Part shown: positions 43,201 to 63,398 of the stretch, one piece after another
Numbering within the stretch: position 1 is the stretch's first letter
How the letters are laid out: each line of letters begins with the position of its first letter
Assembly: GCA_012295275.1 (NCBI GenBank)
Contig: CM022673.1
Location: 22,320,001 to 22,384,000 of the forward strand
From: Chrysomallon squamiferum
Taxonomy: Eukaryota > Animalia > Mollusca
Length of the DNA: 64,000 bases
Direction: 5' to 3'
Translations under genes and position numbers: made by a program
The notes under the pieces: generated by a model
Databases searched by the model: none
Seen by the model: only the letters and a program-made list of their open reading frames with translations
Told to the model about the DNA's origin: nothing

Positions 43201-45218
43201 AATCAGATTAATATTTATACAAAGTGTTGGAGAAATTTTTATAATATTACTTGATTGGTCAGCTCTTTGTCACATGCCAAAACTAAGTTAAAATGAAGCC
43301 ATGAGGCAATAAACCAAAAGGTCGGAGTGTTCCCACAATTTTTTTTTATCCCAACCATTTCTCCATATTAACCTTAGTGTTCTGATTATTAAGTAAAAAC
43401 TGAATATAAATTTTTATTTTCCAATAATTGATCAAAATAGAACAGACTGTTAATATCAGGTTAGTTTGATACCTAATAACCAATAATATTAAAATGTTAT
43501 ACAATACTGCTTGAACAAAACAAAAATTTATTCATAATTTATTCCTTAGAAATGTATATCTCACTACAACCTTTGGAGTTTGTTAGTAATAATATCAATT
43601 TTTTATCTAAATAAAATAATTACATGATACGGACTAGAATAACTTTATCTGATAGCCTTGCAGTCCATGGTATAACTAGAGTAAACAAATATCAAAAATA
43701 CCATTACCCTTTCCATCTACGCATGCTTATTACTATCAGTAAATTATTAATATATATACTACTTTCCAAGAATTCAACATGATAGTGACAATTAAAATGG
43801 CAATATCTGAAAGTACACATTAATACTAACAACCATATCAAATGAAATAATGCAAGATATACAATATTCAGGAAAAATAAAATCAAATAAGAAGCTTATG
43901 AAGGTGGATGTCTAACCATTAAAAAGAATTGAGAAAAAATACCCACCAAAACAATGTAAATGATTATAAAGTCTGGAAAGTCAATATTTAAAATATTTAT
44001 TCAGTTCAACATAATCTATTCTGCTCTACATAAAACAAAAAGCAGTAAAAACACATATTAACAATATCTGTGCCTATTGATACTAAATTTCTGTTAAAAA
44101 CCTTTCATAGTCAAATAAAATTCCAATGAGATGAGTTAAGATTAAGTCATGCTATTAAACCATAATTTAAATATGTATATTAGTAATAAGAAATAACAGA
44201 TGTAACTGACAGATACCACTGCTACAGAGTATAAAACTGAAATATGAAAGATTATTATTTTCATTAAAAAAGCAAAATGAAAGCTGTATAAAAATTACTT
44301 CAATTCTTGAAAAAAAATAAATAAATAAATAAATAAAATTAGAAATAAAAAGAACTGAAAATATTATAATTAGAAGACTAAACTTTTTAAAAATATATTT
44401 TTATCTACAAGGTGAAATTAATATTAAAAATAAATGAATGAATGTGGTGTATTTCACTGTAACAGTCCTTTTGGTTTAAAACTAGTAGACTTGTTCTTCA
44501 CACTATTAAGAGTTGGAGAGATATTATTTAAGTTCCCTAGTCAGTCTTGTAAGCTTGTTGCTTCCTTAATAATATAAATACAGCCATGTCAAAAGGGTAA
44601 GATGTTGATTATAATTTACATGTAGCTTACACATACTTTTATTTGTCAGTATTGTGCTGTATAAGAATAAAGAATACAATCATTTGTGATGTATGCAAAT
44701 TGTGTGAATCCATATGTATTTGGAAAAGCAGGTCTATTGTGTATTTTGTTTGTACTTTGTAGTATAACTATATCATGTATATGCAGATAATTTCAGAAAC
44801 ACTTTGATTTAAAATATCAGAACAGCATTCGTAATGATTTTTAAACATTTAAAAATAAAATATCGTTTATGATACAGCACGAGCCAATTACTCATATATA
44901 TATATCAAAACAATACTGTCAATGGGAATAGACTCAATAGTGGTCCTCTGAAGACAGTTGGTCGGCCACCATCGAAGATTGGAAATATTAGTGGAATGGT
45001 TGAAACTATATGGGTTGTTTTGATTAATCTGACAGTAACAATAACATATTTCAATTCTGTAATAAGATCATTAAAACATTATTGTTTCCTTAACTTACCG
45101 AGTGATTAATTCCCCACATGAATACGCTCAGTAGTGGTTCGTTCGCTCGAAAAAGCTTCAGTTTAGGAGCAACAGCTCGCACTTTCAGCTGTTTTCTTTT
45201 AGACTTCAGGGATGCCAT
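35004..45218 (-). CDS. PIP4K2: Phosphatidylinositol 5-phosphate 4-kinase type 2 (PIP4K2), 9 coding exons, 412 aa
   Basis: Hand-assembled exons 45218-45099, 40363-40266, 39484-39388, 39018-38869, 38367-38221, 37553-37515, 36406-36293, 35982-35694, 35188-35004; all GT-AG, phases consistent, 1239 nt total. PIPK motifs: [45 protein letters not shown], and the type-II activation loop [16 protein letters not shown]. Confidence 0.96.
35694..35982 (-). CDS. PIP4K2: PIP4K2 exon 8 ([16 protein letters not shown] + acidic insert with PTPPDSP)
   Basis: Inside ORF 35665..35979; MDYSL catalytic motif; tag acceptor, gtgagg donor. Confidence 0.94.
36293..36406 (-). CDS. PIP4K2: PIP4K2 exon 7 ([38 protein letters not shown])
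   Basis: LPTLKD.DF motif; GT-AG. Confidence 0.94.
37515..37553 (-). CDS. PIP4K2: PIP4K2 exon 6, 39 nt ([13 protein letters not shown])
   Basis: Completes DLK|GST motif; cag acceptor and gtttgt donor. Confidence 0.9.
38221..38367 (-). CDS. PIP4K2: PIP4K2 exon 5 ([20 protein letters not shown]...[18 protein letters not shown])
   Basis: Inside ORF 38206..38436; TLLPQ..GMYR and KYDLK motifs; GT-AG. Confidence 0.95.
38869..39018 (-). CDS. PIP4K2: PIP4K2 exon 4 ([50 protein letters not shown])
   Basis: G-loop SPGRSG and catalytic Lys motif YFIKT; GT-AG. Confidence 0.95.
39388..39484 (-). CDS. PIP4K2: PIP4K2 exon 3 ([32 protein letters not shown])
   Basis: cag acceptor, gtaaga donor, conserved PIPK motif. 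Confidence 0.95.
40266..40363 (-). CDS. PIP4K2: PIP4K2 exon 2 ([33 protein letters not shown])
   Basis: AG acceptor, gtaagt donor, [12 protein letters not shown] motif. Confidence 0.94.
41202..41840 (+). mobile_element. Degraded pogo/Tigger-like remnant (second family) in PIP4K2 intron 1
   Basis: cactaatacctcgcttaacgat terminus-like start, cttaac repeats near the right end, and a short frame [20 protein letters not shown]...KNESTVSGI resembling a Tigger HTH; right TIR not found. Confidence 0.4.
45099..45218 (-). CDS. PIP4K2: PIP4K2 coding exon 1 ([40 protein letters not shown])
   Basis: ATG at 45218, KLFRA.EPLLSV.MWG.NH motif, donor gtaagt at 45098. Confidence 0.93.
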
Positions 45219-45219
45219 T

Positions 45220-45425
45220 GCCAGAAAATATTGCACACAGCCGGATAATAAGAGTGCGTATGTGGAAAAAGTGGCAACTACGATTTAATACTATACGTCA
45301 TTATTTCTACACAATGCTGTTGATTTCCCAGACATAAACAAGCAATTGTCGCTCTTCCTAGACAAAATGGCTGCTTCATCGAATTACCCATAAACCCAGA
45401 ATAAGGGAGATAAATGCGTCGTCTG
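45220..45425 (-). promoter_or_regulatory. PIP4K2 5'UTR/promoter region
   Basis: CpG-richer stretch upstream of the ATG; YY1-like caaaatggctgc at 45363-45374; half-CRE tacgtca at ~45294. Confidence 0.45.
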
Positions 45426-46587
45426 CTTTTTAAAACTACAAATTTTTTATTTTTTCTTTGTCAAAAGCTCTTAATCTTATAATAATAGTCATGTGCAAGA
45501 TATTCTTATCTTAAATTGAAAATATACTTGTTGATGTCTGGAAGACCATTAAAATCAATACAGATTAAATATTTTAGTACTTCTATTTTAATACATGGAC
45601 ATTATATGATTATAATTATTTATTTTAATACTGATACAAAAAAGAGAGAAGTATTTGAATAAATAAATAAAACTTATTATAACGCTAAGTGCGAAAGGTT
45701 AGAATATTAGTGAGCAATACGATATGTATATTTGTGTCTGTCTATCGGTGCCTGTGCAGCACAATTCTTAATAGTACTACTAGTAGTAATAATTACCAAA
45801 GTTCCTTGGAAAAACATCGCAGTGCGAGTGGTATAGCATGGACAAAGCCACAAATAGTCACTAAGATGACACATGACGACCATTTACATGATTTTATCAT
45901 AAACTCCACTCATTACCTGTTGAAATACTAGCTCGTTATTTTTTCAGATTAAATCATTGTAAAAGTAAATACGCAACAAAAAGAATGTCGGGAATGCATC
46001 AAACGGATTACCGAAACAGACCGAAAATATCAACAATATTCATTCACTCTAAAATAAAATAAATAATAACAAAAATGTATTTTCAGTACAGAATAAAGGT
46101 GGAAAGAAACCAAACATTAATAGATACGTACCCGAGTCATTCCCACTGCTTATTATTTCAATTATTTTTCTGTTCAGATTTGATTAACTAGTCGAAGATG
46201 CCCAAAAGTGACGTCATTAAATAACATCCAAAATTATACTGAATTTCTTTTCCCTTACTGTTGTTTTACTTGTTGTGTTTCGTTTCGTTCAAATTAATTA
46301 GAATTAATGAAATATAATACTAAACACGTACTTATTCTGATTATTTATTAATGTATCTACTGTTAGTTTAAAACACATTTTTATGACGTCACTTTGATAA
46401 TAAATGTAAGGGTTCCGCTAATAAACGAAAAAACCATCAACAAAACATATCATTTCTATTTTCATATAAATAAATTCTCAGAATAACCGACTCCTACTAC
46501 AATTACTATTACTACTGTTATACTACTGCTACTGCTACATCTAGGAGATTGTTTCATTTGTATATGAACTAATGCATAGGTAATATA

Positions 46588-47378
46588 CACTGGTACCTCG
46601 ACTTACAAGTGCCCCAACTTACGAGTTTTTGGAGATACGAGCAGTATCCCTGTCGATTTTTTGGTTTGAGCTATGAGCCAAAATCCGAGTTACGAGCTAG
46701 CTTCAGATAGGCCGCTGCTAGTTGGCGCAACGAACAACACAACATCCACCCAGCATCCCGCGTTTTAATGGTCTATTTCACTTGATTACCTCACCGTGGA
46801 AGTATCTCTGTTATGTTGTGCTCGCGTTTTGTGCAGTATTTTGCCAAATGTCTTTTTCTGGCCATGGATCCTAAGAAAGTGAGTGCAAAGGACAGTGCTG
46901 AGAAGAAGAAGCGGACGATGTCCATTAAATTAAAGTTTGAATTCATAAAAAAAAAAATGAGTGAGGTGTGCATGTAGTCGACTTGACTAGGCAGTACGAG
47001 CGTAGTAGTTCTACGATATGTTCAAGGAGTCCATAAAGGCTGTAACTCGAGCCAAAGGCTTTAAAATAATGTGTCTGATCTCCAAGAAAAATACACTTTA
47101 CAAAACCAATTTATTTCTTTTCATTCTCTTTTATTTTGTTTTCAATACATTTGTTGTCATTTATAAATACATTTTTTTTTTTTTAATATTTAAAAACAGG
47201 TCACAAAAATATAAATAAATTAATTAATTTAAAAAAATGGATGGGCTTTTTAGGGGGCTAGAACAGATTAATGGTATTTCAATTAATTTCATTTGGGAAA
47301 ATTGATTTGATATACGAGCAATTTGAGTTACTAGCTCGGTCACGGAACGAATTAAACTCGTAAGTCAAGGTACCACTG
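46588..47378 (+). mobile_element. Non-autonomous pogo/Tigger-type DNA transposon (internal deletion derivative)
   Basis: TA|cactggtacctcgacttac at left, gtaagtcaaggtaccactg at right (inverted termini); internal frameshifted transposase N-terminus from 46864 (MDPKKVSAKDSAEKKKRTMSIKLK...GVHVVDLTRQYERSSSTIC), typical of the CENP-B-type HTH of Tigger transposases. Confidence 0.85.
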
Positions 47379-47759
47379 CATTTTTCTCTTTTTGAAAATT
47401 TCATTTCTTTAATATTTTGTGTATGGGCTGTTGCAAACTGCATTGTCATTATCACATTTAGGCTATTTGTTCGCAAAGCTGCAGAAAGGTCTTGTTATTT
47501 TTACTTTAAACATTAATATCCAGAATGAAATTTGTATTTGGTTACTTGGCATTTCCTAATTCTAACGAAAAAAAAAAAGTATCTGAACAATTTACATAAG
47601 ACTACTATTATATGTTTAATATTTTTACAATTCTCTGAAAAGAAAGCAAAGACTAAATATTTGCTGAGAAGATGTCTCTTTAAGTTCTGATTTCAGCAAA
47701 GGCTCTGATTTTTGTTTGCCTCTACATTTTCGTAAAAGTACTTTGAACATCACCGCAAG

Positions 47760-48185
47760 CTGTTTCTATAGCGAACAGCGATCTTCTTATGGGATATTAC
47801 ATCCCTAAACTAATTTATTCAGTTACATCCCTTCCCAGGTTGCAGAATTTTGTGAAGCGTAACGAATCCGATCCTTCGTGCACTTTATTAATAATAACGG
47901 TTTTGAACTAAATTTTTGTTGATTCAGACGATGGAAGAGCAGCATGAAAACGCAACCAACCTTTCCGATAGGAAAGTGGTACAGCCCTCCGACCTCGTTA
48001 AATGGTAACGTTTTCTTCCAATCAAATGTTCTGATTTCTCGTATGTCACACTACTCTGTACGAAGTTAATTGCGGCTTCAACGCGCATGCACTCTCAAAT
48101 CTCACGCGCGGACCATCGTACCTCCTGTGAGTAAATTCAAAGAACAAACAAGTCCAGACATCGAACTTTCATTTCGTCTGACAAA
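47760..48185 (+). promoter_or_regulatory. Alpha-tubulin 1 promoter/5'UTR
   Basis: CpG-rich island just upstream of the ATG exon; CCAAT 48018-48022, NRF1-like gcgcatgcac 48083-48092, X-box-like gtttctatagcgaac 47762-47776. Confidence 0.55.
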
Positions 48186-53423
<5,238 letters not shown>

Positions 53424-53618
53424 TTGTCTTAGTTGACCGGTTTTACAATTTTCATTTAGTACGAACCAAAGTAAATTGGTATGGACCAAAAGTACATGCT
53501 CACTTACGTTTAGTTTTTGCATCGTTTTGTCTTTCACACACTTACTGATTTTTTTTTTCTTTTCTACAATCAGTTTTGCTTTTATTTGCCTCGATCACAC
53601 TGAATACTCACTGTGTGC

Positions 53619-53624
53619 AATAAA
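53619..53624 (+). terminator. Putative poly(A) signal of alpha-tubulin 1
   Basis: AATAAA ~200 nt after the stop, followed by a T-rich stretch. Confidence 0.55.
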
Positions 53625-54164
53625 CTGTTTGTTCAACAAACCTGTTTTTCGTTTTCTATTTTTCATCAAATGTGTAGGAAATTACTTTAGTGTTTACTCA
53701 TTTTGATCTATCCCTTTAGACTCTGGTTAATAAACACAAACAAATTACACAGAATGAAATAAATAAATATTACAAATAGAATAAATAATCAGTTTTTCAA
53801 ATATAATCCGTAATCATCCATTAATAAATGTTGCGCATTAAAAACATTTCAGGGTTTGTCTTTTATTTCCTCCCCTTTTTTACTTTTATTTAGAATTTCA
53901 TTCATTCATATTTTTATCTATTCAATATACTTTTCTTTTAAGAGCAAATCAAATATATAATTAATATATACATATTAGTACTTACATAATAATTATACTT
54001 TTGATTTGCTGTTAACAATACTTATAATAACATAAACAAAAGCAACACACAAGAAGAAGATAATTCAAGATAAATATTTAAGCGATTTACAAGCGTTAGA
54101 TATTCTTTAGGAATAAATAAATATTAATTCTTTTCATGATGGAAAAGAAATCCATTTTATTACT

Positions 54165-54380
54165 TATGGTATTAGTTCAGTGATAATGCCAGGAAGAAAA
54201 GAAAACCCACTGTTGCCGCCTGTTTGTTAGCAATTAGAAACTACCGTATTTTATATAAACATGAACACCACTGCCTCTGTCATGGTGCGCTTGTAGGAAC
54301 GAAACATTTTCAAACGGATTGTTAACTTGGACTGATCGTGCATGTTATGAACCCCAGAGCGGCGCTCTAACTACTTATCT
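54165..54380 (-). mobile_element. Degenerate tRNA-derived SINE-like element
   Basis: Minus strand starts agtagttagagcgccgct (A-box-like); body (aaacccactgttgccgcc, gtcatggtgcgcttgtaggaacgaaa) resembles gastropod SINEs as remembered, not checked by search. Confidence 0.4.
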
Positions 54381-56957
54381 GCCTTTTATAAGAAAGCATG
54401 TTAATATTAATCTTTTTGCTGGAAAATACGTAAACCACAGCATTTACTGCTGGATTTGGAACATGAAAACGGATTTGATTGAAACTGATTTTTATTAACA
54501 GCTCCTGTAGTCAACATCTGGTAATTAAATATTTGTTGGTCATAGCTGAATGTGACAGAATGAGACAGACAGTTCAGTAAATAACAAAAATAAATTAAAC
54601 TTAAATGAATTAACAGACACAAGAAGCTCGTTTCAAGATTTGCAAAGCGAGGGTGTCTGCCAATCTCTACTTTTGTTCATAATATTACGTCACATTTGTT
54701 TTGAATAAGTAGTCGCATGGCTGTGTTGTATTTGGCGAGACATTATTTGCAGAGTTACGTCACTAGCATTCGTAAAATGACACTGAATGGTGAACTGATT
54801 TACATGTGTTTTTGTTTCGTTAATTGATTCAAGAGCGTTTCTTTAGAGGTATAAGTACCATAAAAATGAGTATATGTGAATTCTGCGACGGACACGCCCG
54901 CTGACCTGTCAGAAAGCGTGCCCGTCGCAGACGTGCTTCACAACAGCTTGCTCTGATTAGCACGTTAATTTTTTTCCTATTCCTATTCCTAGTATATGTG
55001 TTATAATTTCTGAGAATGAATGTATTTTTGTGTTTTGTGTGTGTCGAGTGAGTGTGAAGGAAATACATCATTACAATTCATAAATAAATAAATAAATGAT
55101 GATTTTAAAATCAACAGAATTTTTCACTTATATAATTATGTGTTCTAAATGACATAAAGAGAAAGACAGATGGTCGTATACAGACACTATTTATAGTTGA
55201 GTATGTCTGCATTGTGAAATCTCGATTAATAAATATTTTATTTTTATAAATACAAACATCTTCAATTTACTGATATTGATTATTTACCAAAATAGTTAAC
55301 TCGTTGTATTAATAACTGTAATAATATGTACATGCTCATGTATGTTATTATGCATATATTAATGAGTGTGTTTATATGTGTATATTTAAATGTATCTGTT
55401 TAGTCAGTAAATGATCTGATTGTAATTTTTCTATTTATTGGTAATAACAGAATTACCTGCTAAGGAAGAAAAGAATCTACGCTACCAAGAAGAAAATAAA
55501 TAAATAAACAAACAAATAAATAAATCTTAAAGGCCACAAAAAAGAGAATCACAATGAAATTGCTTTTTATTACCGGCTTCTGTATTCTTCATCTAGTATA
55601 AATGTATTTTATATCTTTATAGTATAAATATAGTAACGGTCTATGTTTTATCACATTTCAAATTATTTTAGTTATGATAATAGTAATCTAAAATTTCGGT
55701 ATAATTATACCCAATTCAGAAGTCTGTACGTAATATGAAACCTGGGATATCTGTTAAAATAACTTACACGTTAATTTATTGTGCTTTCATTCAGTAAGTT
55801 AAAGATTTGTGCAAATCAGTGGTAAATTTTATATTAACTAATTAGAAATTTAGCCTTAATACAAACCCTTAAACAAAAGAAAAGCCACCAAAACAAACAA
55901 TAACAACAAAGTGTATTTTTCATTAAAATAACAGTGACCGAAAAAGAACCTTTAAAAAAGTAGAAGAAAGAAGGATATCAGTGAAAAATTAATTATAATT
56001 ATAAATAACTGTTACCACTGCATCATCAATTCCGAATATATCTGATATTTCCAGAACATATTTAAGGCTTCATGGTAAGTATTTATAGAAAGAAAAATTG
56101 CCTAGTATGGCCTATGGCCAAAATGACATAAAGTATTTATCTAGCTCAGCCAATGAAAATAAAGACAACTGTTCCGTCCTATGATAACATGTGCCACATA
56201 GTCAGTCAGTATCTTAGCGTCTCACGACCAGACCATTACGTCCAAGTGAGAGCGATATTTTCCAAAATCTCATTAAAAACAATAGTCGTCAGGCAGCATT
56301 ATGGTATGTACATTTTATGTAATTGCGTGCATATATATTTGTTTTAACATTATTTATATTGCATTAAAGAAAAAAAAAAAGAAAGAAAATAAATACCAGT
56401 GGAAATCTGGTATTATTCAGTAATGGCGGTAAATAAATTCCGTATCGATCGTCAGCAGTGAAAATATCACATTTATGGAAAAATTTCAACAGATGTTGAA
56501 CTGAATACATCTCTGTTCGTTAAGCGTTAAATACTGTGTACATACTTGAAATATAAAATACCCAAGAGAAAAAGAATGTCTGTATCATTTTTCATTGTTG
56601 GAAACTATTTCAGTGATAAATTTACATGCTTATTATTTTATTAATATTTTGTCATTTATTTTGTCAATTAAATTGAATTTTCAAACGTAGACACATATAA
56701 ACTGACAATTCTTTTCATTATTTTCTGTGGGAAAGAACCATAATATTTATCAAACAGTCTATATGTAAACCTTTTGTCTACATGTAAATAATATTTTAAT
56801 GGCTGTTATTAAAGGTCAGAGAAATAAACTACTGTTTTTTTTCCCACCAGTATTTGAATATTCAGTAAACTACATCAACACAGTAGTTTACTCCATTACG
56901 TCTTTATTCTGCCTGCCTGTCTGTCTGTCTGTCTCTCTCTGTATGTCTGTGTGTCAG

Positions 56958-56959
<2 letters not shown>

Positions 56960-57037
<78 letters not shown>
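56960..57037. repeat. (TATC)n tetranucleotide microsatellite
   Basis: Directly visible. Confidence 0.9.
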
Positions 57038-57623
57038 ATTAACTGTCTATCTGTATGTTTATCAACAAGTATATATAATCTATCCGTTTAGATATGTATC
57101 TATCTCCTTTTTTAAACCTAGCTGGCTATCTGACGGTCTTGCCCATCCATCCATATATCTGTATGTTTGTCTGTCTAACTGTGTAATCTATCTATCTTTC
57201 AGTATAAAATAAATATTTTCAAAACATTTGAGCAATCTGCTATTCAAATTAACTCCATCTGGCTTGGTCATTTATTTCATGGCTGTACGTATTGTCGGAA
57301 CAGCTTCCCAGGACTCTCCTGTTCTCTTCTGGAACTTCCCTCAGCGTGGTTGAGCAGAATTAGTGTTTGTCAGAAGATAAATGTGATAATGTGGCATATA
57401 AGCTGTGGCGTTCTGTTCTCTTTCGGCTTAACCTGAACAATTGTAACATCCATCAAAAATACCACTTGCATTCACAGTTGCTAATCGCCAAAGTCTGGAA
57501 AAATGCCAGACATCTGAAATTCTTGTTGCTTAGGCTACAGAGAACTGTACTTATATTAGAATTATTGCGACACAGGTCGACTGGAGGTCACGTACAGCGA
57601 GCAGTTCTGCACAGTTCGTCTGA

Positions 57624-60438
<2,815 letters not shown>

Positions 60439-60569
60439 AATGAGAAGAAAGAACACGATGTGTCGCTAACAAGATGACCGGACACAGCAAAATATAAAAC
60501 AACGAATAGCAAAGTCCTCTACTGACCATCAACTAGTTCTTATTCCTGTGTTATTTCGTAGAAAAAAAA

Positions 60570-60575
60570 AATAAA
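60570..60575 (+). terminator. Putative poly(A) signal of alpha-tubulin 2
   Basis: AATAAA ~130 nt after the stop (inside an A-run, so weaker evidence). Confidence 0.4.
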
Positions 60576-62017
60576 ATATAAAAATTACTGTTGAAATTGT
60601 TATGGCAATTTAAATTTTATTATATTTTTTTTACGAACTATTAACAATATAATAACATAATAAAAACAATGACAACAACAAAATAAATAGATAAAAAGCA
60701 AATCAAATAACAACATTAAAAAAGAAAAAAGTAAACAGCTGAGTGATGTTTGTACTGAAAAAGACCTTAGACTTTTGCTATACTTTTTAATAAGAGATTT
60801 TTTTTGTCAAAGCATTATATGTAACAAATCTTTATAAATAATGTATACATATCTTACTGGTTGCCTCTTTATGTATTATCTCATACACAATTTCTCTGAT
60901 CAATGTAATCCAGGATTACACGAAAGAATTTACTTCAGTATGATTAGTGAAAGAAACATCCATACAAAGGAAAACTGAAGGCGTTCATTATTCAAAAAGC
61001 TGTTTATCATGAAGATTTCAACTTTAAGCAATAATATATATTTTTTTCATGTTTTGGGAATGCAAGATTGATTAAATTACTAAGCATAGATTCTCTCAAG
61101 TTCGGTGACTTCAAAGTATACATTTCACTTATTTATTTACATTTATTATAACTTTTGACCCGCTTTATACTAATCTGAGAATTATAGGTATTTTCATATT
61201 TTTAATTTTAATTATCAATAAAGGACAACTATGACATATTTGAATTGCAAATTCATTCCTGTAGGTCACGAACTGATTTCATATCTCTTCTCTTCTATCT
61301 TTTTTCTTTTTGTTCATATTGCGCTGGTATCTTTTTTATTGTTAAAATAGAAATATAATTTTATAATCTCCATTTAAGTTTATTTTACAGATATTAAAAG
61401 AACTTAATAAAAAATTAATGGGTTGACCGATAAAAAAATATTTATACAATTTACTTTTTTGAAACAAGATGTTTAATTAAATCTGGTATTTCTAAGTTCA
61501 TTTTCTGCATGAACTTCCTAAATAATTAAAAAGATTGTTAGCTAATATTCCATTCAGGTATATTAAATATTTTCATTCTAGCAAGACTTTTGTTCTAAAT
61601 TAACTAATTTTTTTCCAAACAGTAAACTGCTATCCAATAACAGTATATATAAACACTCCATGTTTTGAATTTGACTTCCAGAACAGTATGGTCTTCTCTT
61701 CAAAGTTCAGTAACTGCAAAAATAATAATGACAAAAATAATTAAAGTATACCTTTGATGAGACATACAACGCACCGTAATAATTTTTATGTCTTTCAAAG
61801 CTATTATTCTTACGACTCTAATTTATATCGTTTGTTTCTTTTTTCTTTCGTCGTTGCTTTTCCTGTTTTCAGTTCATTTTTTTTCGTTCTACCTTTCTTC
61901 TTTACTTTCTTCTTTTTACTTATATATATTGAGATATCTCTAAACATTGTGTATTAAGTATATATTTTAAGTAATTCGAGGATTGTGACATGATGTATAA
62001 GGCAAATATATATATAC

Positions 62018-62201
62018 CCGTAGTACACGAACTTTTCACAGAAGATTCCTGTGTATTGGCTGAAACACAAACAGTAACCGTTTGTAGTCGGAGTACCGCC
62101 ATTCTGACATGGCTGTTCCTGCAGACAAATTGAAATTATATGTCGATAGATGGATGAATATATATATGTTCGTAAGTATGCTTGTATGCATTTATGTATA
62201 A

Positions 62202-62271
<70 letters not shown>

Positions 62272-62617
62272 TTTGCATGTATGGTTAAGAAAACCTGCTA
62301 CAATTAAAATATATTTATATTTTATTCTGTAAACAAATTTGTATGAATATTTTCATATAAAATGTCTATGTATTTAATCGAATTCAAATAGAGAAATCTT
62401 TTGTAAATTATAAACAGCTTGAATATTTAGTCCTATTTACTGATAAAACAGGACGTCTGTTCTGTCCCAGGCTGTGAAGACGTGCTATCTTTCTGAAAAC
62501 TACGATAGATCTTTTCTTTGAATCGATGAATGATGATTTTTTTTGTTAACTATCATATTTATTCTTTAATTCGTATATACATATATACATATTTATTTTT
62601 CCTTTTTATTTATCTAT

Positions 62618-62656
<39 letters not shown>

Positions 62657-63109
62657 TATACTTGGGAACCTGAAACAAATAGGTGCACGAATTGTTCGCT
62701 ATATTGCCCACACATCTCGTCCATGGATACAACGATGACAACGTGCACACACTGCGATCATCACTGCGACAGATGTTTGCAGACAAGCACCTGTCCTCGT
62801 TAGAACATTCTACAATACACTCTGTATGACTAGATACCTGTAAGCAACAACTATTATAATGACAATTAATGTTATGCTATTACTACTACTATTATTATTA
62901 TTACTACAGTTACTACTATTAGTACTGCTTCTGCTAGCACTACTGTTATTAATACCAATATCACTATCACTACAGCGACCACTATCACTTTTTCGCCAAC
63001 CTTTACTATTATTTGTTCCATTACTAGCAAAACTGTTACTATTACTATATCTACTACTATCACTACCATCATTAATATTATTACTAAAAACAAACAGAAA
63101 AAAATACAC

Positions 63110-63178
<69 letters not shown>

Positions 63179-63398
63179 CAATATTGGTTCGTACAAACGA
63201 GGTATCTCGGTTCAAAAAATTGCTAGTAAAATATAGTTCTGAATATATCACCTCAAAACTGAAAAGTATTGTGTTCACTGTTTGTTGATTTGGACAAACG
63301 TGAATCTGCTGACCTTTGTACAAATCTATGTCTGACTGTACATGGTTGAAGATGATTAATAACAAAGTCAGGGAACAAATCCACCACGTATTGGCCAT
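62018..63398 (-). CDS. Small secreted Cys-rich protein: signal peptide + PAN/Apple-like + EGF-like module (3' end uncertain)
   Basis: Exons 63398-63252 (MANTWWICSLTLLLIIFNHVQSDIDLYKGQQIHVCPNQQTVNTILFSFE), 62837-62670 (VSSHTECIVECSNEDRCLSANICRSDDRSVCTLSSLYPWTRCVGNIANNSCTYLFQ), 62118-~62018 (EQPCQNGGTPTTNGYCLCFSQYTGIFCEK...); the first two introns are phase-0 GT-AG; C-x3-C-x5-C-x-S-x-N and PCQNGG...CxC...GxxCE patterns. Confidence 0.8.
62850..63176. repeat. Degenerate (CTA/TTA)n tract plus (AG)n filling intron 1 of the secreted-protein gene
   Basis: Directly visible; explains the low-complexity ORFs 62810..63236. Confidence 0.85.
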
